From the NCBI GenBank assembly GCA_964652265.1, contig CAZZAL010000004.1, positions 590-64,589 of the forward strand: a stretch of 64,000 bases of DNA, in the 5' to 3' direction. The notes beneath the pieces were generated by a model. The model did no database searches and was not told where the DNA came from. It was given only the letters and a program-made list of their open reading frames with translations. Positions within the stretch are counted from its first letter, which is position 1. Each line of letters begins with the position of its first letter. Below are positions 1-6,376 of the stretch, piece by piece. Source of the DNA: an uncultured Planctomycetia bacterium. GTDB lineage: Bacteria > Omnitrophota > Gorgyraeia > Gorgyraeales > Gorgyraeaceae. Position numbers and translations under genes: made by a program.

Positions 1-768
1 AAGCTTGGAAAAGCAATCTATAAGTTGTTCTTCTTCGCCCTTATTAGTGCTCCCTGCCGTAAACAATATATCTTCATCTCTTATGCCAAGTTTTTCCCTG
101 AGCTCCCGATTCTTCATTACAGAATCAGATAGCGAAAGGTCAAATTTTAAATTACCTGTCACAAAAACATTTTCCTTAGGCGCTCCTAATTCCAACATCC
201 TCGTAGCATCCTGCTCCGACTGCATCAGCATAAGAGAAATCTTATTTAAAATGCGGGAGATTATAAATCCGATTCTTTTATAGCCCCTGTGAGAACTATC
301 GGAAACTCTACCGTTCACGAGAACGATCTTTGTATTGGCTCTATAGAGAGAATTTATGAGATTGGGCCATAATTCTGCCTCGAGTAATAAAAATAACTCC
401 GGCTTGATAATCCCTACCACTCTATCTGTTATAAAGCTCACATCTAGCGGGAGGTAAAAAACTCCTTCGTCAGCTGTTGCAATCGTCCTGGCAACCTTAT
501 TACCCGTATGCGTAACGCTGGAAAATAAAAGTGTATGTTGCGGAAATGCCTTTCTTAAAAGAGGTGCCAGGATACTGGCCGCCTTCATCTCGCCCAGGCT
601 GACTGCGTGTATCCAGATAACCTTGCCCCTGGAAGAAATAGCTCTTAGGCGCTTGGAGAGAAATCCAAACCTGTTGGCCATGCCATACCTATAACGCTTC
701 GTCACTATTAGGTATGGAAAATAGACTATACTAAAGATTATAAATACCAGATTATATAATATTCTCAT
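1..768 (-). CDS. waaA: Kdo transferase (3-deoxy-D-manno-octulosonic-acid transferase), N-terminal ~256 codons; the 3' end runs off the window
   Basis: My own minus-strand translation from the ATG at 768-766 stays open to position 1, so it is absent from the ORF track (no stop in window). Sequence MRILYNLVFIIFSIVYFPYLIVTKRYRYGMANRFGF...GKVIWIHAVSLGEMKAA... shows an N-terminal anchor plus the W-x-H-A-x-S-x-G-E motif typical of KdtA/WaaA. Confidence 0.75.
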   Translation of the reverse strand, partial: MRILYNLVFIIFSIVYFPYLIVTKRYRYGMANRFGFLSKRLRAISSRGKVIWIHAVSLGEMKAASILAPLLRKAFPQHTLLFSSVTHTGNKVARTIATADEGVFYLPLDVSFITDRVVGIIKPELFLLLEAELWPNLINSLYRANTKIVLVNGRVSDSSHRGYKRIGFIISRILNKISLMLMQSEQDATRMLELGAPKENVFVTGNLKFDLSLSDSVMKNRELREKLGIRDEDILFTAGSTNKGEEEQLIDCFSKL

Positions 769-814
769 TGTTGATTTTACAGGTCTCGGATGTCCGAGGT
801 TTAGCCTCGAACGC

Positions 815-1183
815 TTATTTGTAATAAGTGGCGCAAGAGGAATCCGATTCCCAAACAGATACTGATTTTACAAAAAGATTTTTATCCCTTATAGAAGATT
901 TAAGTCTATCAAAGATGTACTTTGCAATATTCTCTGCAGATGGATTGCTTCTCTTAAATGCTTTTAATTTATTAAGATGTGTATGGTCCAGATCGCCGAG
1001 CACATTCTTAAGCCTGGATTTCAATATCTTAAAATCCGCTGCCATGCCGATGTCATCAAGAAAAGGACTTTCAAGCCTCGTCTCGACCTTCCAGTTATGG
1101 CCGTGCAGCCCTTCACATTTTCCCTTATAACCTCGAAGATTGTGAGCGCCGCAAAAATCTGACTTTATCAAGATCTCATACAT
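815..1183 (-). CDS. queD: 6-carboxy-5,6,7,8-tetrahydropterin synthase (QueD / PTPS family)
   Basis: 122 aa. SDFCGAHNLRGYKGKCEGLHGHNW matches the QueD/PTPS catalytic Cys and His cluster. It overlaps murI by 8 nt. Confidence 0.8.
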   Translation of the reverse strand: MYEILIKSDFCGAHNLRGYKGKCEGLHGHNWKVETRLESPFLDDIGMAADFKILKSRLKNVLGDLDHTHLNKLKAFKRSNPSAENIAKYIFDRLKSSIRDKNLFVKSVSVWESDSSCATYYK

Positions 1184-1976
1184 AATCTGCCCGCCTCGCC
1201 TTTTTAATCTTTCTGCCTAAAAATTCTTCACCAACCTTTATAAACTGCTCGACCGCATCTGTAGCAAAAAAACTATGCATTGGCTTCCTGGATGTAGCGG
1301 CCAATCTACCTGAAGCCTGTAATATTTTAGCCACCTCTTCTGTTACTGAACTCGCGGAATCGACTATCCTCACATCCCTCCCGACCACCTTTTTTATTAC
1401 CTTTCTTAAAAGCGGATAATGCGTGCAGCCTAAAACAAGCGTATCTATTTTTTTTTCGGACAGGGGCACCAGGTATTTCTTTACGATATCAAGCGTTATC
1501 TTTCCGTTCAGCCATCCTTCCTCAGCGAGAGGCACAAATAAAGGGCACGACCTAGAAATTATCTTTTTATGCCCAGAGATACGCTTTATCTCTTTTTCAT
1601 AGGCCTTGCTTTTTACTGTCGTCGGAGTACCTATGACTCCTATCCTGCCGCTCCTTGTTACCCTTATAGCTTTTCTGGCTCCAGGCTTGATGACACCTAC
1701 TATAGGAACCTTGAACCTCTTTCTTAGAGTAGCCAGCGCAATGCTCGAAGCAGTATTACAGGCTACAATAATAAGTTTAACCTTAAATTGCTTGAGAAAC
1801 TTAGCGTTTTCTACTGAGAAGCGCTTTACAGCCTGATCTGACTTTGTACCATAAGGCACCCTGGCTGTATCACCCAGATAGATTATTCTTTCATCAGGAA
1901 GAGCTTTCATGACTTCTTTAACAACTGTAAGCCCGCCCACACCAGAATCAAATATACCGATAGGTCGATTATCCAT
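1176..1976 (-). CDS. murI: glutamate racemase
   Basis: 266 aa with the DSGVGGLTV, ACNTAS and GCTHYP motifs. Confidence 0.9.
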   Translation of the reverse strand: MDNRPIGIFDSGVGGLTVVKEVMKALPDERIIYLGDTARVPYGTKSDQAVKRFSVENAKFLKQFKVKLIIVACNTASSIALATLRKRFKVPIVGVIKPGARKAIRVTRSGRIGVIGTPTTVKSKAYEKEIKRISGHKKIISRSCPLFVPLAEEGWLNGKITLDIVKKYLVPLSEKKIDTLVLGCTHYPLLRKVIKKVVGRDVRIVDSASSVTEEVAKILQASGRLAATSRKPMHSFFATDAVEQFIKVGEEFLGRKIKKARRADYV

Positions 1977-1991
1977 AAATTATATTACTAT

Positions 1992-2705
1992 CTACGTAAC
2001 GCAGATTTTCCTTCGCATAGTGCCTAATTTTCCGAAACAGATAAGCTTATCTTCCAATAAAATCTTTGTCCTTGCAGGAGGATTCGGAATAGTCAGACCT
2101 TTTCTTTCAATAGCCAGCACTGTAATATCTTCTTTTCTTAAATTAGAATCCATAAGAGTCTTTTCCAGCATAGGGCTGTTTTCACATATCTCTATCTGTG
2201 TTACGCCATAGCCGCCTGTCGAAACCACCAGCTCTTCAAAAGAAACGCGCTTCACTATATCTTTTTTTATAATGCGTGACCTTATATAACGAGTCAATTT
2301 TTCCGTAATCTTAGTATGTGTAAAAATCTTATAGCTGATATATAGAAAAAGTGCGATTGTTATCAGATTGATCCAGGGTAATAGGTATGAGGGAAACACA
2401 AGGCGCAGAAATGGGATTGTAAATCTAGGCAAGTTGGATGGCCTTAAGGAATTAGCAAATGTTGCGATCAAGGTAACAAAACCGGCATTTCCTAATATCA
2501 TAAGAAAAGCAGCGATTTTTCTCCTCTGGGTATTCCCAGTAATAAGCTCTGCTTCTCTTGTCGTAAATCCTGTTCTTGTAAAGCAAGAAAGCGCCTGAAA
2601 CTTTGCCAAAGATCCTTCGAGACCTGTTACTTCAAATGCTATGGCCCCTATTCGTACCGCTATAAATGAGACGATAATCGTAAATATAAACAGGATAAGA
2701 TTCAT
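1992..2705 (-). CDS. membrane protein with a C-terminal RCK_C/TrkA-C-like domain
   Basis: The ORF track gives 1992-2795. I prefer the ATG at 2705 because a GGGGGA Shine-Dalgarno lies ~7 nt upstream and the preceding 30 codons look non-coding. TM helices are followed by VTQIEICENSPMLEKTLMDSNLRKEDITVLAIERKG...LICFG, which resembles TrkA-C. Confidence 0.5.
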   Translation of the reverse strand: MNLILFIFTIIVSFIAVRIGAIAFEVTGLEGSLAKFQALSCFTRTGFTTREAELITGNTQRRKIAAFLMILGNAGFVTLIATFANSLRPSNLPRFTIPFLRLVFPSYLLPWINLITIALFLYISYKIFTHTKITEKLTRYIRSRIIKKDIVKRVSFEELVVSTGGYGVTQIEICENSPMLEKTLMDSNLRKEDITVLAIERKGLTIPNPPARTKILLEDKLICFGKLGTMRRKICVT

Positions 2706-2796
2706 AGATATCCCCCTAATAAAATGGTGGACCCGGTCACAACCAATTCGAAACACAGCTGAGATCCAAGCCCATATAAAAATACTCCCTGTCAAA

Positions 2797-2982
2797 CACC
2801 CTCATTTATACCAGAAATTAGCCCAAAAAGCAACCGAATTACACTTACTGGGCATGTCATACAAAAAGATAGCCAAAATCCTAAGCATTGACCCCAAAAC
2901 CGTAAAGAAAGCGACCGAGGACGCAATGTCCGAGGAAGTGCCGAACTCAACTGAGTTCGGCCAATCTCAAAAGGAGGAATAA
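2797..2982 (+). pseudogene. possible remnant of a helix-turn-helix (resolvase/LuxR/sigma-r4-like) gene
   Basis: The frame encodes ...LAQKATELHLLGMSYKKIAKILSIDPKTVKKATED..., a convincing HTH. There is no canonical start codon between the upstream gene and the HTH. The ATG at 2641 offered by the ORF track lies antisense inside the neighbouring gene. Confidence 0.25.
2940..2961. repeat. perfect 22-bp palindrome GCCGAACTCA-AC-TGAGTTCGGC
   Basis: Read directly from the sequence: 10-bp arms around a 2-bp centre, 25 nt upstream of the 2986 ORF. A 2-nt centre is too small for an RNA hairpin loop, so a protein-binding site is more likely. Confidence 0.4.
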
Positions 2983-2985
2983 CCC

Positions 2986-3192
2986 ATGACCTGGCCATAC
3001 AGCATCATTTACCGATTTCTATGCTCAAGCGAAAGATACATCTGGGCCCAAGTCCGCATATTACACGAAACCAATAAAGCTATTCTTGTCTACAACGGTA
3101 TGAAAATCTGGATACCTAAGTCACAGATATACGGAATAAGATTGCGAAATAACATCTTTGAGATTTATATTAAGGAAAGGGTGATTGGATAA
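2986..3192 (+). CDS. small hypothetical protein (68 aa)
   Basis: AGGAGG lies 8 nt upstream of the ATG. The ...KAILVYNGMKIWIPKSQI... segment resembles small phage/plasmid-borne proteins of unknown function. Confidence 0.5.
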   Translation: MTWPYSIIYRFLCSSERYIWAQVRILHETNKAILVYNGMKIWIPKSQIYGIRLRNNIFEIYIKERVIG

Positions 3193-3207
3193 TCAGATCT
3201 CAACTTA

Positions 3208-3390
3208 TTACTTAGTTAATTCATAAATCTTTTTCTCTATGACTGATTTATGCTTTTGTTCTTCAGTAAGTAAACTATAAAATATATCTTTTAAATCTGA
3301 ATCTGGGTGGTCAGCGATTAACTTTTGGTATAATTCTATTGATTTTTCTTCGTTCGATAAAGCTATTTCCAAAACTTCGACATTAGTCAT
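3208..3390 (-). CDS. small rubrerythrin/ferritin-like half-domain protein (60 aa)
   Basis: The ORF track starts at a TTG at 3393. The adjacent ATG at 3390 has GGAGGAGG upstream. An E...EEQKH (E / ExxH) pattern fits one half of a diiron four-helix bundle. Confidence 0.55.
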   Translation of the reverse strand: MTNVEVLEIALSNEEKSIELYQKLIADHPDSDLKDIFYSLLTEEQKHKSVIEKKIYELTK

Positions 3391-3406
3391 CAATGCCTCC
3401 TCCTAT

Positions 3407-3538
3407 TCAATTTTGATCCTTAAAATAACTACTTCTTAACTGCAATTTTAATTCTTTTCCTGAAGCATCATCAGACGAAAAACTCCAATCAGTCTCCTTA
3501 TCAACGTTAAACAAAATAAATCCTTTTATGTTTTTCAT
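3407..3538 (-). CDS. possible 43-aa ORF (MKNIKGFILFNVDKETDWSFSSDDASGKELKLQLRSSYFKDQN)
   Basis: Found by hand; it is below the ORF-track size cut-off. Its ATG overlaps the stop of the upstream TPR gene as ATGA, which suggests translational coupling. No recognisable family. Confidence 0.25.
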   Translation of the reverse strand: MKNIKGFILFNVDKETDWSFSSDDASGKELKLQLRSSYFKDQN

Positions 3539-4005
3539 GCTCTTGATATCTTCTTTGCCTTATCATACTGACCATCCCAGATGTAGACCTTAGCTAATTC
3601 TCTTTGAGCATCAATATCATCTTCTTCCATCGTTATAACCTCTTTATACAGGGATATTGCCTTTTTATATTCTTTTTCCCATGAGTAGGTCTTGGCCAAT
3701 GATTTTTTTATTTTGTAATTTTGCGGATCAAGGGAAAGGGCTTTTCGGAAGACTCCTATTGCCTTTTCGAATCTATCTGTCCACTGATAGGAATAAGCTA
3801 TTTCTTTAAGCGCATCTAACCTTAGAGGTTCTATTGCGAGGGTTTGTTCGTAGAACTCTACTGCTTTATTATATTCGCCTTTTTCAAATAGTCTGTAGCC
3901 TTGGTAATAATTTATGTCGGCCTGTTGGGTATTTTGATAGACAAATGTGGTTAGCACGGAGGTCGATATTAATACAATAATAAACCAGATTATTTTTATA
4001 TTCAT
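3535..4005 (-). CDS. membrane-anchored TPR-repeat protein
   Basis: 156 aa. An N-terminal TM helix is followed by 34-aa TPR-like repeats (YNKAVEFYEQTLAIEP, FEKAIGVFRKALSLDP, YKKAISLYKEVI). Confidence 0.7.
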   Translation of the reverse strand: MNIKIIWFIIVLISTSVLTTFVYQNTQQADINYYQGYRLFEKGEYNKAVEFYEQTLAIEPLRLDALKEIAYSYQWTDRFEKAIGVFRKALSLDPQNYKIKKSLAKTYSWEKEYKKAISLYKEVITMEEDDIDAQRELAKVYIWDGQYDKAKKISRA

Positions 4006-4016
4006 ATGCTATTTTT

Positions 4017-4472
4017 TTATAGAATTACTTCCTTAATCCAGGCGCCATGCAAATTGCATAACTCAACAGCGGCTAATTTTCCAGCCTTTGCCTTAAGATG
4101 AAGCGCAGCTGCTGGATTAAGCCTATCAGGAGTCAAAATAACCCTGGACAGAAATTCATTGTCTATATAAAAGTCGATGTGCACAATATAGTGCTCGGGC
4201 TGCATCGGATGTTGAATTTCTCCAATCTTAACATGCACGTCTTGACAACCCTCTGGTATCAATCCGCATGTTTTGACAACTTTGATAGCAGGGATATGTT
4301 TTTTCTCGGTTTCTGTCAAATTATTTACATCCTTAGCAGTCTTCATAGCATCCTTTTTCTCTTCAAAAGATGTCTTTGGCGCGCCGCAAACAGGACATTT
4401 TTCTGGCGCACTTCCATTTATTGATATAAACCCACAAACTTTACAAACAAATCCTTTCATAGACTCTTCCAT
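4017..4472 (-). CDS. superoxide reductase (neelaredoxin-type domain) with an N-terminal rubredoxin-like CxxC...CxxC domain
   Basis: 151 aa. N-terminus: CKVCGF-x14-CPVCG. SOR centre-II motifs: [29 protein letters not shown]. Confidence 0.75.
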   Translation of the reverse strand: MEESMKGFVCKVCGFISINGSAPEKCPVCGAPKTSFEEKKDAMKTAKDVNNLTETEKKHIPAIKVVKTCGLIPEGCQDVHVKIGEIQHPMQPEHYIVHIDFYIDNEFLSRVILTPDRLNPAAALHLKAKAGKLAAVELCNLHGAWIKEVIL

Positions 4473-4584
4473 AATTTCACCTCTTCTTTAGTGAGCACTA
4501 ACAACCGCCCCTTTTTCCTCTTGTTAAGTAAAGCGATTTGAGAATTTATATTTTCTATTTTTCTTAAAAGATTATCTTTTTTAT

Positions 4585-5499
4585 TCATTTCCACGGTCCA
4601 GACATTCTCCATTCTTCATCAAATTCCTGCCTCTTCTCGATTGTATCAAGCGGCTTATTAAGGAATTCTTCGATTTCTCTGGCTGTAGTAGACAATTTTT
4701 CCGGTGCGTGTTTAATATTTCCCTTTTTCAAAAAGGCCTTCCATAGGATCTGGCGATCGGATTTATCGTCATAGATTTCCTCGGTAAATAATGGCCTATA
4801 TTTTGGTAAAAGAGTTTTACGATGGGCAAAAGTTCTTTTTAATGCTTCACTAAGCTTCGATCCATTAAAATTAAACCGACGCATCATTAACCAGATATCA
4901 TAGAAATCTTTCATACGGCTATTGAGAAGGCCAAGTTTTACCATGGTTTCAAATTTCTCGCTAACTACGCTTTCTACCGGATAACTTTTGAGGTGAGGCT
5001 TTGGAAAATCCAGAATTACCGGGTAATCAATAACTCTTGGCTTGGGATAGATAACATCACCGAAACCTACATCGATTTGCATCGCGATACGTGAACGCTC
5101 TAAAAATCCCCTAAACTTTATGCGCACGCCTTCATAATCCATATTTTCTCTTATCCTCTGGCCTTTTACTATTTGAGGATCGAATATAAGTCCATCCGGA
5201 GTTACGGAAACTTTACAGACGTCTTTGATCATTCTTTCTATGCTTGCTATCTGATTGTCATAACGAGCTGAGAAATCTATATCAAGAGTTGTCCGTCTTT
5301 CAGGAACCTGCCATACGGTAAACATAAGCGCGCCTTTCAGAATAAACCTATCCGCATATTTTGAACGGCTTACTCTATAAAGAAATCTTTCCATCCCGTA
5401 ATATTGCAAAATTTCCGAGAACGGGCGATTGGTTTCCTTGGCTTTATTTTGAAGCCGGGCTCGTACAGAGGCCTGTATATTCTTGATATCTTTTCTCAT
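4585..5499 (-). CDS. AbiEii/AbiGii-family nucleotidyltransferase toxin (type IV TA)
   Basis: 304 aa. The N-terminus ...IQASVRARLQNKAKETNRPFSEILQYYGMERFLYR...FILKGALMF is typical of AbiEii. It overlaps the upstream antitoxin gene by 4 nt. Confidence 0.8.
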   Translation of the reverse strand: MRKDIKNIQASVRARLQNKAKETNRPFSEILQYYGMERFLYRVSRSKYADRFILKGALMFTVWQVPERRTTLDIDFSARYDNQIASIERMIKDVCKVSVTPDGLIFDPQIVKGQRIRENMDYEGVRIKFRGFLERSRIAMQIDVGFGDVIYPKPRVIDYPVILDFPKPHLKSYPVESVVSEKFETMVKLGLLNSRMKDFYDIWLMMRRFNFNGSKLSEALKRTFAHRKTLLPKYRPLFTEEIYDDKSDRQILWKAFLKKGNIKHAPEKLSTTAREIEEFLNKPLDTIEKRQEFDEEWRMSGPWK

Positions 5500-6098
5500 A
5501 GCATGGCTTCGAGTATCGGTTTTATGATATTATCAACACGGCAAATCTTGGCATAATACATAACATCTTTTGGTTTTATGTATTTTTCCATAATGGCAAC
5601 TTTGAGAGCATTCCTTGCGACATTAATGCCTATTTTATTTCGGAATTTAAAACAATCGGCTATTGTCTTGGCAAGACTGTAAATTCTAATATTATAACCT
5701 TCCATTTTACGTTCTTCGATCCCAGCCTTCCATGCTTTATCTGCGAATCGGTAAAATCTTACCGGAGGATATTTAATCTTATTGGCATGAGTACCCCGTA
5801 GAATTGCTATATCTACAGATTTAGGAATTTCATTTGTAGCCTCATGAAAAGCAAGGGCAGAAAGTAGACATACCACCCCTCTAGGAACCTTGATTGAAAC
5901 AGCTACAAGATCTGGATTCGAAAGACTAGAGCCATCAGAGAGTCTATACAGAGCACGATCTATTTTTTGAATCAGGCCAGAACTCAGGACAGTCTTAAGA
6001 AGGGTCTTATTAAACCCGGCCTTAATAATCTCCGCATAGCTGGCAAGGCCTCCTCTTTTCTTAAGAAAGCTTATAAGTTCTATCTTTTTAACATCCAT
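5496..6098 (-). CDS. AbiEi-family antitoxin / transcriptional regulator
   Basis: 200 aa. An N-terminal winged-helix-like segment (GGLASYAEIIKAGFNKTLLKTVLSSGLIQKIDRALYRL) and its position directly upstream of AbiEii support the call. Confidence 0.75.
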   Translation of the reverse strand: MDVKKIELISFLKKRGGLASYAEIIKAGFNKTLLKTVLSSGLIQKIDRALYRLSDGSSLSNPDLVAVSIKVPRGVVCLLSALAFHEATNEIPKSVDIAILRGTHANKIKYPPVRFYRFADKAWKAGIEERKMEGYNIRIYSLAKTIADCFKFRNKIGINVARNALKVAIMEKYIKPKDVMYYAKICRVDNIIKPILEAML

Positions 6099-6132
6099 AA
6101 AAATACCCCCTATTCCTATACATTTATTAACA

Positions 6133-6161
6133 AGTGTATAGCATTAGGAGGGGAATGTCAA
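6133..6161 (-). promoter_or_regulatory. sigma70-like promoter for abiEi-abiEii
   Basis: Minus strand reads TTGACA-17 nt-TACACT. An AGGGGG Shine-Dalgarno precedes the ATG at 6098. Confidence 0.4.
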
Positions 6162-6175
6162 GAATTATTTCATCT

Positions 6176-6237
6176 AAATAGGGGACAGCGACCGTTTTTA
6201 GCACTCTTTTCAAAAAAACAATCACTGTCCCCTATTT
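6176..6237. repeat. 13-bp perfect inverted repeat AAATAGGGGACAG ... CTGTCCCCTATTT with a 36-nt spacer
   Basis: Read directly. It lies just upstream of the abiE -35 element. A third ATAGGGG copy sits at the abiEi ribosome-binding site (6103-6116). Confidence 0.6.
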
Positions 6238-6281
6238 TCCCGCACGAATCACGAACGACTAACGACGAGCCACGAAACTGA

Positions 6282-6310
6282 CGGAGGGTTCCCTCCGTCG
6301 CGAAAATCAA
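6282..6310. repeat. left 29-nt inverted repeat of the recombinase cassette
   Basis: Plus strand reads CGGAGGGTTCCCTCCGTCGcGAAAATCAA. It contains the palindrome GACGGAGGG-TT-CCCTCCGTC (6280-6299). Confidence 0.7.
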
Positions 6311-6376
6311 GCACTGCTCTTTTAAAATAAAGTTCATGAACCAATCTTTTGGCCCTCTACCATGAAAGGAGTCGCT

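Noticed and set aside
5-283. 92-aa plus-strand ORF at the left edge
   Set aside because: It is antisense to the open minus-strand frame that encodes a clear KdtA/WaaA N-terminus.
2725-2760. TGGTGGACCCGGTCACAACCAATTCGAAAC, which looks like the reverse complement of a tRNA or tmRNA 3' end (…TTCGAAT…CCACCA) and so like a possible distal att site for an ssrA island
   Set aside because: No T-stem or acceptor pairing can be drawn. It shares only ATGGTGGA (8 nt) with the tmRNA 3' end, which is chance level in 64 kb.
2641-2982. 113-aa ORF taken as an intact gene
   Set aside because: Only the last ~60 codons look protein-like (the HTH). The first ~50 codons are antisense to the neighbouring gene's 5' region and read as nonsense. 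It is kept only as a possible pseudogene remnant (2797-2982).
6280-6299. Whether the GC-rich palindromes of the 29-nt repeats are ordinary rho-independent terminators
   Set aside because: The palindrome centre is only 2 nt, and neither strand has a following T-run of the usual kind at both copies. The right copy lies inside the recombinase ORF. A recombination or binding-site reading is favoured, though a structural RNA role is not strictly excluded.
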